DNA of 64,000 nucleotides from Pachysolen tannophilus NRRL Y-2460. Lineage: Eukaryota. Made by a program: the position numbers and the translations under genes. The stretch covers positions 62,001 to 126,000 of the forward strand of contig KV454011.1 in the NCBI GenBank assembly GCA_001661245.1. The letters are read 5' to 3'. Every line of letters begins with the position of its first letter. Positions within the stretch are counted from its first letter, which is position 1. The notes beneath the pieces were generated by a model, which worked only from the letters and a program-made list of their open reading frames with translations, was not told the origin of the DNA and searched no databases. Below, one piece after another: positions 11,009-23,122 of the stretch.

Positions 11009-12505
11009 ATGGTTTATGATAAGGAAACTGTTGATAGTTGTTTGAGCTTGATGAATAGTTCACCGCTTACGAATAATAATTCTTTTATGCTTTATAAGCT
11101 TTTCAATGATAATCATAGTTTAGATATGAGGTTAGATATTGAGAGTATATTGATTAAATTGAATAATTTGAATCATGTTGAGTTGTTACCTAAGGATAAA
11201 TTAAAAATTTTAAGTGATCATAAGGAAGATTTATTGTCTAAGAGACAAAAAATTAAATCAAAGATGGATTTAAATAAAGAAATTTTAGAAATGGAATTAC
11301 AATTAAATGATAATACAGCTCTTCAAGATAGATCTTTTAAGATACAACAAACTTTAACTCTGGAATTACTGGAATTGGATAATGAACTTTTTAAAGTAAC
11401 AGAATCTTTAAATAATCAATATTTAAAGATGTTATCACTGGGTTATATATCAAATATTACTCATAATAAGAAACCCCTGAATCATTATACTAATAATAAT
11501 GATGAAAATAATATTAATACTTTATTAGATGATCTTTTTTCACATATCGCTTCAGTGGCTGTTAAACAAAATGTTGTCTTACCAGCTCCTTCAGCTTTAT
11601 CAAATAATCAATTGGTTAATAAAATTCATTGGTCAAAAGATTGTATAAATACTGTATTGGCAAATCATTCTTCTAAATCATTAGAAGCAAAATCAGAATC
11701 TGAAAAACCAACAGATTCTAGAGAAATTATTAATTTAAAAACAGCTTTAACCGATTTACAATTTTCACATAAATTTATTAGAAAACAATATGAAGATGAA
11801 AAAGCTCAACATAATTATTTAATAAATAATTTAAATTTTAAAGTAAAACATTCTCAAGATCTTTTAATTGAAACTAATAAAGAATTAGCAAAACAAACTT
11901 CACATATAATAGATTTAGAAAAAAAATTAAGTGAAGCAGAAATAATTATTAATAATCAAAATAAAGAAATTAATGAATTATACAAAAAAAATAACTTGTT
12001 AAAAATTGATCATTTAGGTGAACAACCTTTATCATCATCAAGAAGATATTCTAGAGGTGAAATTTTAACACCTTTATCAACTTCTAATGGAGATGAAATG
12101 GAAGATGATAAAGAAAATAATAGGTCCTCACTTTCTCCAATAACAAATTTAACCAACAATTCTTCAATCCCAACTACTCCAATGCTTAATTTTAAACAAG
12201 AATCATTGCTTGGTAGTCCTAATCATGCGAATGGAATTTCCAATAGTGGTGCAAATAATAATAATAATGGTAATATAAGTACTTCCATCTTGAGATTGGA
12301 ATTTAAAAAATTGATTAATGAAATTAATCAAAAACATTATTTGGAACTACAACATGAGAAAAATGAAAATAAAAAATTGGAGAACTTGATTAAGTTAATG
12401 AATGAAAAAAATGATAATAATACAAATGATACCAATGCGTTTTTAGGTGTTGGCAATGGTAGAACTAAGATCGAAGGACATAGTTTGGTTGATGACTTGC
12501 GATAG
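11009..12505 (+). CDS. PEA2: Coiled-coil protein, probable polarisome component Pea2
   Basis: LKTALTDLQFSHKFIRKQYEDEK and STSILRLEFKKLINE resemble recalled Pea2 segments (LETAFSDLQLAHNFLTKQFENDR; SLSIMTSEFKKVL). It lies near SPT15, as PEA2 does in S. cerevisiae. First ATG at 11009. Confidence 0.65.
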   Translation: MVYDKETVDSCLSLMNSSPLTNNNSFMLYKLFNDNHSLDMRLDIESILIKLNNLNHVELLPKDKLKILSDHKEDLLSKRQKIKSKMDLNKEILEMELQLNDNTALQDRSFKIQQTLTLELLELDNELFKVTESLNNQYLKMLSLGYISNITHNKKPLNHYTNNNDENNINTLLDDLFSHIASVAVKQNVVLPAPSALSNNQLVNKIHWSKDCINTVLANHSSKSLEAKSESEKPTDSREIINLKTALTDLQFSHKFIRKQYEDEKAQHNYLINNLNFKVKHSQDLLIETNKELAKQTSHIIDLEKKLSEAEIIINNQNKEINELYKKNNLLKIDHLGEQPLSSSRRYSRGEILTPLSTSNGDEMEDDKENNRSSLSPITNLTNNSSIPTTPMLNFKQESLLGSPNHANGISNSGANNNNNGNISTSILRLEFKKLINEINQKHYLELQHEKNENKKLENLIKLMNEKNDNNTNDTNAFLGVGNGRTKIEGHSLVDDLR

Positions 12506-12555
12506 ATTTTTTTTTTTTTTTTTTTTCTTTTTTTTTTTTTTGGTTTCTTTTTTTC

Positions 12556-12598
<43 letters not shown>

Positions 12599-12799
12599 CT
12601 TCGTCATTTTATTTTCTTCTTATCACCATTGGTTTGGTGCTCAAATTTTATTCCTTCTTCTCTTTTTTACTATTTTTCCTGATGCGGTTAACTATATTTC
12701 ACTAGCTATCTATGGACTGTGCATACTATTATCATATTGGCAATAGAAAAAAATGATATATATCAATAAATATGAATCTATACATTTGTAAAAAGTAGG

Positions 12800-15664
12800 C
12801 TAATTGATAATTGCCTTTTTCTTTTTGATTTTCTTTTTCTTTTCTTTGATATCCGGGGTTCCATTTGCGTTATCTCTTCCATTAGTTCCTTCGGCTGTAT
12901 TCTCCTTGTTAACTTTGACCGGCAGTTTAATGGTATTAGCTTCTATATCTTCATCCTTCTTTTTCTTCTTTTTCGTTTTTGAAGTCGTCTTCTTAGGTTT
13001 CTTATTTTCCAAATAGGACGTTGCCATTTCCTTACGTAATTGTTCGACTTCATATTCTCCATTAAAATCATTTTTCAAAGATGGGAGACCCATTTCGTCA
13101 TTAGCAGTTACTTCGGCAGAAGAAGATATATCAAAGTTATCCAAGTTTGATGAATCAATTCTAAATTTTGAGGATTTCGATGAAAAATGTTGTTTCCTAA
13201 TAGTAGAATTATTTTTTTTATTAATGTTTTTATTTGATTCATTATCTGGAACATCTTCTTCTTGTAAAATCAAAACCTTTTCCTTCTTCACATGCTTCTT
13301 TTTCGGTTTAACCTTTTTCTTGCCTTTTGGATTTTGAGTTTCCTGCTCATCTAACGAAATCAATTGTGAAGTTTCTTTGGTACTTATCTTACCAGCGGAA
13401 ACTGAATCCATAGATATATAGTACGGATCATCCTTCAATCTGAGTTCTCTTTCCAGGTTCTTTCTTGCAATTTCGACTTCATCATCAAACGGTTCACCAG
13501 TTTCGTTATCGTGATCGTTTATATTAGATGAATCACTCATATTTTCTCCGCTATCAATTTCATTTTCGTCATCATAATAATAATTATAATCACGATCATC
13601 GTTTTCAAATCTACTCAACTTAATCAAATCACCGAATTTCTCATCATTAATCACTTCATTAAAATCTATTACATCAGGTAAGCTAATACGTAGTTGCAAA
13701 CCAAGAGCAATAGGTTTCAATTCGTAAGAGTTGTAAAACTGCGGTAAACCTTTTGTTAAAAAAAGAGGAGGTGCAATACGTATGCTGGATTCATCTGCAG
13801 AAGACAAAGAAGTAATCAATTTTTGTAAATTGTTTTCCAATGATTCCAATAAAATTTTCAACAACTCTAAATTGTTAATTGCTCTTTCTTGGATTTCAAA
13901 TGATAGAGAGTATTGAAAACTTTCAAAAAAATTAATAAAATTTTTTGTCAACAATATTAGTTCTTCGTAATGATTTGTATCCCAATCTTCAAAATAGTTA
14001 TCAGCATTTATGAATTTAACAAAAATTTTAAACAACGATTCAATGTAAATAGGAAGAATATTATCTGAATTTTCCTGAAATTTCAACCAATTCAACATGT
14101 TATCACTAATTAGATAATTAATGATTGAAAAAGATTCTTCTTTATCCTGTTTATTCAAATAATCAACAAAATATTCCCCAACGCACCACATACAGTTAGT
14201 TAACCAGTTTCTCTTCACCAAATATTCATCTTTAATCAACTCTATACAAATTTGAATCAATTCATGCCGAAGGCTAGGTATTTTTAAACCAATATCGACA
14301 AAATATTGTGTAATTTCAAATACTAGCCCACCATCATTCGAGTTAAGTTTTATTAAATCTTTCAAAGTGATCAAAAACCAATGGAAATTAGGTATTAATG
14401 CATAATTATTTGAAGAACAAACACTTAAGATTTTTTTCGTTATTTGAGTTCTATAACTAACAGGCAAAGTTTCAGTTTCTTCCAGTAATTGAATCAATAA
14501 AAGAGATACAATTTGGACCACATTATCTTCATCTATCAAGCCATCTACTAAATCCAATGATTTTGAACGTATGGTTAAATCTTGATCTTTTAAACAATCC
14601 ATTATTAATGACTGATGTTCACGAATCAAACTAGGTTGAATATTAATGATTTTAATAAATGCTAATATAGAAACATATTTCAAATTCAAATCGTTTGTGG
14701 TTAAAAATTGTAATAGTTCATCAATCATAATTTTGGAAATCTTAGAATCCTGAGGTGATAACATGTTTCCAGTCAATATGCAATTAATACATTCATAAAT
14801 TAAAGAAGACAGCTTTGTCTTTGACATTATTTCCAAAATCGATGGTAATAATTTTTTTTTCAACCTAGGTTCTATTATAGATAACGATGAAAACAATTTT
14901 AGCAATCTAATTATCATCCAATTATTGTTCGAATTAACCAATAAATCAAATAAACGGGGCAGAAGTTCGATATAGTTCTTTGGATTTTTCTTTGCTAATT
15001 CACAAATTACATTGACAGTGGCACTAACAACGGATACATCTTCATCATCCAACCTATCAATCAATCTATTATAATTGAGTCTTAAAGCATTTGGATATTT
15101 TAAAAAAATCTTGAAACTTGCTAAAATCAGTTTCTTCCTAATAAAAGGTTTTGTATGTGTTAACATCTTAATCAAGTCATCTATAACATCTTGAGCCAAT
15201 TCTTTAGTAACAATTGAAGATAAACAACTAATAGCTAAACCAACTTCTAAATAATTTGAAGAGTTGAGATCTTTTTTCAATAAATTTGTCATTAACATTA
15301 ATACATCATCATTGTTATCTCTTGTTAATATTTGAATTGCTGCTAGATATCCAATTCTTTTATGTTGAAACTTATTCGATGACATAACTTCTAATATTTG
15401 GAAAGAACAAAATGATAAGTCAAATCCATACATTTCAAGATAAGTCAACTTCAAAATACTTGTAGATTTCAACTCTGGATCATTTGACTTCAATTCTTTT
15501 CTACATTCTTGAATAGAATCATTGAAAAATTGTGAAAGTTTCTGTTTATCATTATTATTTGATCTTATACCTTTAATTAAGTCAGATAAAGATTTTTCAA
15601 AACTAATCCCAAAAGGCCTTAGTCTTGACCTAAACTGATCAGCAGTAACATCCACCAATGACAT
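12800..15664 (-). CDS. APL5: AP-3 complex delta adaptin
   Basis: RLRPFGISFEKSLSDLIKGIR, KLTYLEMYGFD, NNNWMIIRLLKLFSSL, RLKDDPYY. ATG at 15664. Confidence 0.95.
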   Translation of the reverse strand: MSLVDVTADQFRSRLRPFGISFEKSLSDLIKGIRSNNNDKQKLSQFFNDSIQECRKELKSNDPELKSTSILKLTYLEMYGFDLSFCSFQILEVMSSNKFQHKRIGYLAAIQILTRDNNDDVLMLMTNLLKKDLNSSNYLEVGLAISCLSSIVTKELAQDVIDDLIKMLTHTKPFIRKKLILASFKIFLKYPNALRLNYNRLIDRLDDEDVSVVSATVNVICELAKKNPKNYIELLPRLFDLLVNSNNNWMIIRLLKLFSSLSIIEPRLKKKLLPSILEIMSKTKLSSLIYECINCILTGNMLSPQDSKISKIMIDELLQFLTTNDLNLKYVSILAFIKIINIQPSLIREHQSLIMDCLKDQDLTIRSKSLDLVDGLIDEDNVVQIVSLLLIQLLEETETLPVSYRTQITKKILSVCSSNNYALIPNFHWFLITLKDLIKLNSNDGGLVFEITQYFVDIGLKIPSLRHELIQICIELIKDEYLVKRNWLTNCMWCVGEYFVDYLNKQDKEESFSIINYLISDNMLNWLKFQENSDNILPIYIESLFKIFVKFINADNYFEDWDTNHYEELILLTKNFINFFESFQYSLSFEIQERAINNLELLKILLESLENNLQKLITSLSSADESSIRIAPPLFLTKGLPQFYNSYELKPIALGLQLRISLPDVIDFNEVINDEKFGDLIKLSRFENDDRDYNYYYDDENEIDSGENMSDSSNINDHDNETGEPFDDEVEIARKNLERELRLKDDPYYISMDSVSAGKISTKETSQLISLDEQETQNPKGKKKVKPKKKHVKKEKVLILQEEDVPDNESNKNINKKNNSTIRKQHFSSKSSKFRIDSSNLDNFDISSSAEVTANDEMGLPSLKNDFNGEYEVEQLRKEMATSYLENKKPKKTTSKTKKKKKKDEDIEANTIKLPVKVNKENTAEGTNGRDNANGTPDIKEKKKKIKKKKAIIN

Positions 15665-16298
15665 CCTCACCTTAACGATAAATGGAAATTTTTTATCTTC
15701 TCCTCCTTCTATTGAAATTTAAAGAAACTCAAGTTAAATAAAAGCTCTTCAACAAGACAAATGTCGTATACTTAACTTAAGATATACGCATTTCAAAAAA
15801 TTAAAATGTGCGCAGGTTGCGCGCGTACAAAAGAGCACAATACGCGCTCACAGTTTGCGCGCAGTAAAATTTTTGCAAATCCGTACGCACTTACCGGATT
15901 GTTGTTAGACAAACTGACAACAACTACAACTACAATTAAAACAACAATTCTACAAATGATAAAATTTTCATAATCATTTATCATCAGATATAGAGTTCAT
16001 CATGTTAAGTTAACTTACATTTTTCAGTATCGAAATACCAGACTTCGTGTATCAGAGAAATAAAACAAAAAGAAAAGAAAAAAGAAAAAAGAAAAAAAAA
16101 AAAAAAGTAGCGCTACGACTTCTATAAAAATGGAGATAAATTACCCCATATAATCAATCAACGTTTATATACGCAAATGGTAAAAAGAGAAAAACCTTCG
16201 TTCAAACAACTAATTTTTCATTTTTCATTCTTTCAATTCTTTTCATTTCAATTTTCATTTATATTTGTAGATTATGCCAAAATATGCCTATTTTTTTT

Positions 16299-17036
16299 TC
16301 AAACTTTCCTAAACTCTTGCAAGACAGGATATATAGCTTCAAAAGCTTGATATATTTCTTCTCTTTGCTTCGCACCTGTTAATACGATTTTTCCTGAAAC
16401 AAATATCAACAAGACAATTTTAGGTTTAACCATTCTATAAATCAATCCGGGGAATAATTCAGGTTCATAAGAACTAAAAGTACCATGACTAAATGCTAAA
16501 CCTTCTAATCTAATAGGAAATTTAACATCACATGAACCAACAATGTTTTGAATTTTAAAATCTGTAAATTTAGCATTAAACCCCAATTTTTGAATAATTC
16601 TTGCATATTTTCTTGATGCTAATTTTGAATCATCTTCAGATTTTGCACCTGTAACAACCATTTTTCCTGAAGCAAAAATCAATGCAGTTGTCTTTGGTTC
16701 TCTAATTCTCATTATCACAGCAGCAAAACGTTTTGGATTATATTCTGCATTTCTTGCATGAAGAGCAATAGTTTTCAAATCAAGACGACAATCAAGATTC
16801 ACTGTGGCAACAATATTTTGTAAAGTAGGAACGATACCTGAAGACCCATCTTCATCTTCTTCTTCTTCCTTAACATGATCCTCAACTTTCAAATGGTCAT
16901 CATCTTGTTCATGTTTCAAAGGATCATTTTTAGCAGCTTCACTCATATCATTAGTATTCATTGGGAATGCTAATGACCCTTGAGCTGTAAAAGCCTTTGC
17001 CTGAGCAGCTGTTGTTGGCAACTTTAATGAATCCAT
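16299..17036 (-). CDS. SPT15: TATA-binding protein
   Basis: [16 protein letters not shown]...[30 protein letters not shown]; near-identical TBP core. Confidence 0.99.
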   Translation of the reverse strand: MDSLKLPTTAAQAKAFTAQGSLAFPMNTNDMSEAAKNDPLKHEQDDDHLKVEDHVKEEEEDEDGSSGIVPTLQNIVATVNLDCRLDLKTIALHARNAEYNPKRFAAVIMRIREPKTTALIFASGKMVVTGAKSEDDSKLASRKYARIIQKLGFNAKFTDFKIQNIVGSCDVKFPIRLEGLAFSHGTFSSYEPELFPGLIYRMVKPKIVLLIFVSGKIVLTGAKQREEIYQAFEAIYPVLQEFRKV

Positions 17037-17530
17037 ATTCTATTATTAATGAAATTCTTGCCTATAATATACAACCAACTATTTTTCTATATACATATAA
17101 CTATATATAGAAATATAGATTGATATCTTATCAACCACCCAATACTAAGTATATGGAGTCTTGATTTTAATCAAAACTACACTACCGATATCGACGTGTA
17201 AAATTTCAAATTTTATTTTAAAAAAAATTGTTTGTTAATAAAAAAAAAAAAAATGGGAAATGTCCGATATTTATACTTTTTCCGATGTCAAAGGGTCATT
17301 ATTGGCAGGAACGGAAAAAGACACTAAAAAAAATTTTTTTTTGTCAAAAAAAAAAAAATAGGTCATAAAAGGAAAAAGATAAAAAAAAGATAAAAAAAGA
17401 TAAAAAAAAGATAAAAAAAAAAATATGTAAAAAAAAAAAAAAACTTAGATCGGGTCATTAAATGACCCAAAAAATATACGCATAACATATGCTATATATA
17501 TATATTAGGAGTAATTCAATAAATTTAAAT

Positions 17531-18586
17531 TTATATATTTATTGGTTTTTGTAAAAGATGGCCCATTCTTTCGATTTTAGTTCTTAAATAACCATCAATT
17601 TCTTTAGAATGTACTCCTTCTTCTTTATTTTGCCACAGTAATGGGATCATTGGAACTCTTTGTGTAACATGTATTAATCTATTTTTACCTTCAACAGCTA
17701 CTATTTTATCTGGGTTATTTGTTAATAATTTAATATTAATTAAATTTAAATCTAATAATATAGCTGTTGCCATTCCAAATGAACGACTATCAGCAGGATG
17801 CCTTAACATTAAATTCAGTTGTACAGTATCAGCACCTAAATCTTGTAAATTATAAGCTTTTAATTTTTCTCCTAAACCAATGCCACGACCTTCTTGTCTT
17901 AGGTAAACAATACATCCACGTCCTTCTTTACCCATTAATCTTCCTGCTTCATCAAATTGTTCACCACAATCACAACGTGCAGACCATGCAGTTTCTCCAG
18001 TATAACATTCTGAATGAATTCTTACTAATGTTGATATATCAATTGTTTGTTGATCAATTATTATATTACCATTTTCATCAAATTCCAATTTTTTACCTGA
18101 AACTTCATCAATATCAGAAAGTTTCCTTCCTGGATGTAATTTCCCCACATAAGCTCCTCTTGTCATTCTATCTGATTGAGATTCATTAGGCCTTTTTTTA
18201 AACAAAGTTTTAGAGTAAATATCTTCTCCAAATACAATTGCTAAATGTTCTTTATGATCTTCACTATTAGCATATAAATGTAAAAAAATTTCTGGACCTT
18301 TTGTTGTAGGAATTCTCAGTCTTGCAACACATTCCACTAAAGGTAAAGTCTCAGGTAAAAGTTGTCTCTTATGATCATTTAATAATGATTCTGATTCCCC
18401 TATAGGTATTGCAAGTGGCGTCGAAACAAATTTCGAAGGTGATCCCTTTGGTGATATTATTGGCAAATTATCAAAAACATTCGAAGCTTTATTAGTTTCT
18501 CCTTCAATTTTTTTAGATACCTTAGATGATGATGTTACGGTTATATCGATTGGTGTTGGTTCTAATATGTTTCCGTTAGTCATCAT
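17531..18586 (-). CDS. RIB1: GTP cyclohydrolase II (riboflavin synthesis)
   Basis: [42 protein letters not shown]. Confidence 0.97.
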   Translation of the reverse strand: MMTNGNILEPTPIDITVTSSSKVSKKIEGETNKASNVFDNLPIISPKGSPSKFVSTPLAIPIGESESLLNDHKRQLLPETLPLVECVARLRIPTTKGPEIFLHLYANSEDHKEHLAIVFGEDIYSKTLFKKRPNESQSDRMTRGAYVGKLHPGRKLSDIDEVSGKKLEFDENGNIIIDQQTIDISTLVRIHSECYTGETAWSARCDCGEQFDEAGRLMGKEGRGCIVYLRQEGRGIGLGEKLKAYNLQDLGADTVQLNLMLRHPADSRSFGMATAILLDLNLINIKLLTNNPDKIVAVEGKNRLIHVTQRVPMIPLLWQNKEEGVHSKEIDGYLRTKIERMGHLLQKPINI

Positions 18587-19157
18587 TAAATCCTAAATCG
18601 TAAATCTATTTATATTCATAAAATTGTTATATTCTTTTATTTTTTCCAAATAATTATCCAAGAATTGAGGAAAAAAAAATTCTTTAAATGAAATTTCACA
18701 AAACTTATAATTCGAATAATTATTAATAAATACTCGAGACTTATATATATATATGAAATTAATGAAATTTGTCAAAAAAATCAAAAGAAAATATTTACCA
18801 ATGAAAGTTTGACGGAATTAGTCAATTTTCAAAACAAAGCTATTGACACTGCGAACAAAGCATTCCGCCAATTGATTTTTTTTTTTTCTTTCTTTTTTTC
18901 TTTTTTTCTTTGTTTATTTTTAATCAAAAATAGAGTGAATAAAAATTATGCAGTCAGTAAATTGGTATTGGTTTATATCGTATATAATCATATATTTAAA
19001 TCATAAATTCTTCACACGTAATTAGATGTCAAAAGTAGCTAACAATACTAAGTAATAATAAAAATCAAAATAAAAAATTGAAAAAATTAAAAAAAATAAA
19101 AAAAAATCTAAATCATATATATATAAAAAAATAAGTTAATTCGTAAATAACTAGATA

Positions 19158-19188
<31 letters not shown>

Positions 19189-19293
19189 TAAAGAACACAA
19201 AATATTATATTTTATATATATATATAAACGTTTCAGAGTGAAATAAATAATTTGGTGTCAACCAAAAGTCAAGAAATTTAAAAAAAAAATTTA

Positions 19294-19324
<31 letters not shown>

Positions 19325-19325
19325 T

Positions 19326-19665
19326 NNNNNNNNNNNNNNNNNNNNNNNNNNNNNNNNNNNNNNNNNNNNNNNNNNNNNNNNNNNNNNNNNNNNNNNNNNN
19401 NNNNNNNNNNNNNNNNNNNNNNNNNNNNNNNNNNNNNNNNNNNNNNNNNNNNNNNNNNNNNNNNNNNNNNNNNNNNNNNNNNNNNNNNNNNNNNNNNNNN
19501 NNNNNNNNNNNNNNNNNNNNNNNNNNNNNNNNNNNNNNNNNNNNNNNNNNNNNNNNNNNNNNNNNNNNNNNNNNNNNNNNNNNNNNNNNNNNNNNNNNNN
19601 NNNNNNNNNNNNNNNNNNNNNNNNNNNNNNNNNNNNNNNNNNNNNNNNNNNNNNNNNNNNNNNNN
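19326..19665. other. Assembly gap (340 N)
   Basis: Run of N flanked by A/T homopolymers. Confidence 0.99.
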
Positions 19666-19774
19666 TAAAGTAAAGTAAAAAGAAAACACTCATTATCATC
19701 ATCAATTTTTTTTTTTTTTTTTTTTGCCTTTTTTTCCAATTTTTTCCAAAATTTTCTTATTTTACTTGGTTTGT

Positions 19775-21381
19775 TTATTTCTTAGTGACCAATTCAATAT
19801 ATTTTTCAGTTGAGAATGATTTTGGTCTTTCAATTGGCAGACCAACACCACGATCAATGATTAATTGAGGTAAAACACCAAAAGCTCTAGCAACACCGAA
19901 TAAGACTGTGTAGAATGAAGCTTCAGTTAAACCATAATATTGTAATAAGACACCAGAATGAGAATCAACATTTGGCCATGGGTTCTTGGTCTTACCATGT
20001 TCAGTTAAGACTTTTGGAGCAACTTCATAAATATTTGAAACTAATTTAAATAATTCATAATTTGGCATATGTTTCAATGCAAATTCACGTTGAGCAGTGT
20101 AACGAGGATCAGTCTTTCTCAAGACAGCATGACCATAACCTGGAACCACACGACCAGCATTTAAAGTTTCCCACAAGTATTTTTCAATATTTTTAGTTGA
20201 ATAATCACCTTTCAATTCTTCCTTCATCTTGAATAACCATTCCAAGACTTCTTGATTAGCACGACCATGTAATGGACCAGCTAAACCGTTAAGACCAGCA
20301 GCAAGGGATAAGAAAGGAGAAGATAATGCTGAACCAACTAAATGTGTGGTGTGAGCAGAAACATTACCACCTTCATGATCAGAGTGGATGGTTAAATAAA
20401 GACGCATCAACTCAACAAATTCAGCATTATCACCATAACCCAATAAACTAGCGAAATTGGCACCATAATCCAAATCCTTATTAACTGGGGCAACTTTACC
20501 ATCTTTGAAAACATTTCTGTAAATACGTGCAGCAATGTTTGGTAATTTTGCCAATAAATCAATAGAATCTTCATATGTATATTTCCAATATTCCTTCTTG
20601 TTTACACCTTTAGCATAAGCTTTAGCAAATTGTGATTCAGATTCTAAAGCAGTAACTGCAATGGAGAATTGAGCCATTGGATGTAAAGTTGCTGGAGAAT
20701 GATCAATTAAATCTTCAACATGTTTTGGTAAAGCTGATCTTGCAGCCAATTCCAGAGAAAATGCCTTGGTCTGAGCTTCAGTTGGAACTTCACCAATTAA
20801 TAATAACCAAAACAAAGCTTCTGGTAATGGTTCAGCACCACCTGGACCTTTTGGTAATTCTTTTTGAATATCTGGAATAGTTCTACCTCTAAATCTAATA
20901 CCTTCTAATGGATCCAAAACAGAACCTTCCCAAACTAAACCTTTAATACCTCTCATACCACCATAGGCTTGTTCCAATAATACTTCTCCAATAACCTAAT
21001 ATAATTCATTTTGTTTGTTAGTACAATTTTCCATCATCATCAACATCATCGTTAATACTGATATAGTAGTAGTATAGTAGTAGAAATACCATACTTTATG
21101 GAAACCAGGGTCGTGTGCGAAAAAAACTCTTAAGAAGAACCAAAAGAAAACCCAAAAACAGTAAAAACCCATTAAAAACAGCAACCGATCCCCAATTTCC
21201 AATTTTTTTTTATAGTAAATTATAAATTGTACCGATACTTACAGTTTTACCATAATCTTTCTTCAATTGCTTTATTTGTTCCTGTTTTTCAGGTAAAAGC
21301 TCAGCAAAACGTTCTTTTAAAGTCTAAATCAATTATTTTGTTAGTTAGTAAATAAATTCAATTGGAATTGAAAAACAATTA

Positions 21382-21412
<31 letters not shown>

Positions 21413-21547
21413 TTATTTATTTATTTATTTAGTGATATCACTTACTGGTTCCTTGGTGGAGTAAGCACGAGCAGCTCCTAATACATTGAGCCTTTGGGCC
21501 AAAACTGGGGTTTTCAAATTACGAACAATACGAACACTGGATGACAT
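19775..21547 (-). CDS. CIT1: Mitochondrial citrate synthase, 467 aa; exons 21547-21446, 21323-21243 and 20995-19775
   Basis: Exon 1 encodes [34 protein letters not shown] (presequence-like), exon 2 [27 protein letters not shown], and exon 3 starts [16 protein letters not shown] and includes [20 protein letters not shown] and PNVDSHSG. Both introns run GTAAGT...TACTAAC...TAG and are phase 0. Confidence 0.96.
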
Positions 21548-23122
21548 CTTTAAAACACAATTCCTTTTTCACAATTCAAAAAATAGAACAAAAAAAAAAG
21601 AAAAAAATTTTAACAGTTATAGATATAAGTAATTGAATTATTTTATATACACATATATATGTTTATATATATATATATCTATATTTTTGTATCCGAGAGA
21701 AAAAAAAAAAAAAAAAAAAAAAAGAACAATTTTTTTTTTTAATAATTTTGGGAGAGACAAGATTTATTTAAATATTATAGGATGACTAGATGAAAAGGTT
21801 TTAATTTACTATTACATATTTGAGGTAGTGTTTGGTCTTACCAAACAAAATAAGGAAAAATTGATCATTCTTTTTTCTAGCAGCTGCGGCAGGGTAACCC
21901 GTGGGAAGTTCCCATTCTTGCTGGTGCCTGATATCTCTCAATTCAAGCATTCTCTTCTCTTTTCTCTGCTTTACCTTTACTTTCCTAAATAAATTACCTA
22001 GTAGTTCTAACTGTATCATAAATCCCACAATTACTGGGTAAAGACGGAGCCGAACTAAAGTTTAAAAAAAAATATCATCCTTTGTATGGTCTAATGGGAT
22101 CAAACTGTGTACGGTACGTATATATATATAATACACATACTATTTGATAATATAACTAATAATTTATGAGACATAAATAATAATAATATTATATCATACT
22201 ATAATTATTATTATTTATTATTTAATAAACTAGATAACCCCCACTTGGCTCCCTCCACTAATCTATTTCATAGTAAAGTTTTTCCTTATTTTGTGGGTGA
22301 ATCTCATAAATATCATGACGATTAAACGGAAATATTTTTAAACTATTAATATATCCATATACCCATCTATCCATCTACCCATTGATCTATATTATACAAT
22401 TAATACAAATTACGTATATCTGTAGTGTGTGAATCGAACAACCTAATTGTGTCACTCGAAACCTTAAATTACTACTACAAACTTATTACATACAAAAAAA
22501 CAAAAAAATATATAACTATAAAAAAACAGAAAGTCGTGCGTTCACACACAAAAACCAAAACTAAAATAAAAACTTGCTGACCAATTTTTTAAATCTTTTT
22601 TTTGTTTTTTATGCGCTTACTGATATCGTATTACGTCTAGAATTAGCACAAGAGGTACAAAACTTTAATCGTCGTGCTGGCGCTTACTAATCTTGCCGTT
22701 TCAGGTAATTTCATCTTAGGACTAAAAGTCATCGCGAAAATAAAAAAAAAGCAAAAAAAAAATAAAAAATAATATTAAAAGTAAAAGTGAATGAGGAAAA
22801 CAAAATAAAATAAAATAAAAAGCTAATCTTTATAAAATATACTTTTTATCTTAAATTTTTTTATATTAAATACTTAAGCGCTGATACAAGGAATATTGGG
22901 TTTAAGAATTTAGAAACAGATTTAGAAAAGTTACAAGTTTCTTGATATTTGGCTTAGCTTTTTTCTAGTTGCTTTTCTTTTCTTTTCTTTTCTTCTTTCT
23001 TTTTTGTTCTTTCGGGTCTTGCCATACTTTCCACGCTGCATTTTATCATTTATTTTTTTTTTTTTTTTTTTTTTGATTTTTGATTTTTTATTATTAATTG
23101 TTGCTTATTATTATTTATTATT

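Noticed and set aside
12447..12746. 99-aa Phe-rich ORF (similar ones at 61259-61582, 28443-28676 and 23004-23207)
   Set aside because: Translation of poly-T tracts in terminator/intergenic DNA.
15950..16060. Possible box C/D snoRNA on the minus strand (ATGATGA...CTGA)
   Set aside because: The boxes are only 9 nt apart, with no recognisable rRNA guide or terminal stem.
19278..19739. ORFs spanning the N run
   Set aside because: Artefacts of the assembly gap.
20996..21202. 68-aa ORF upstream of the track's citrate synthase ORF
   Set aside because: It lies inside CIT1 intron 2, and its stop is the acceptor TAG.
21780..22110. GC-richer stretch with small hairpins (TGTTTGGT-CTT-ACCAAACA; GGGTAACCC) as a possible ncRNA or tRNA
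   Set aside because: No cloverleaf, A/B boxes or snoRNA boxes found; more simply the CIT1 upstream regulatory region.
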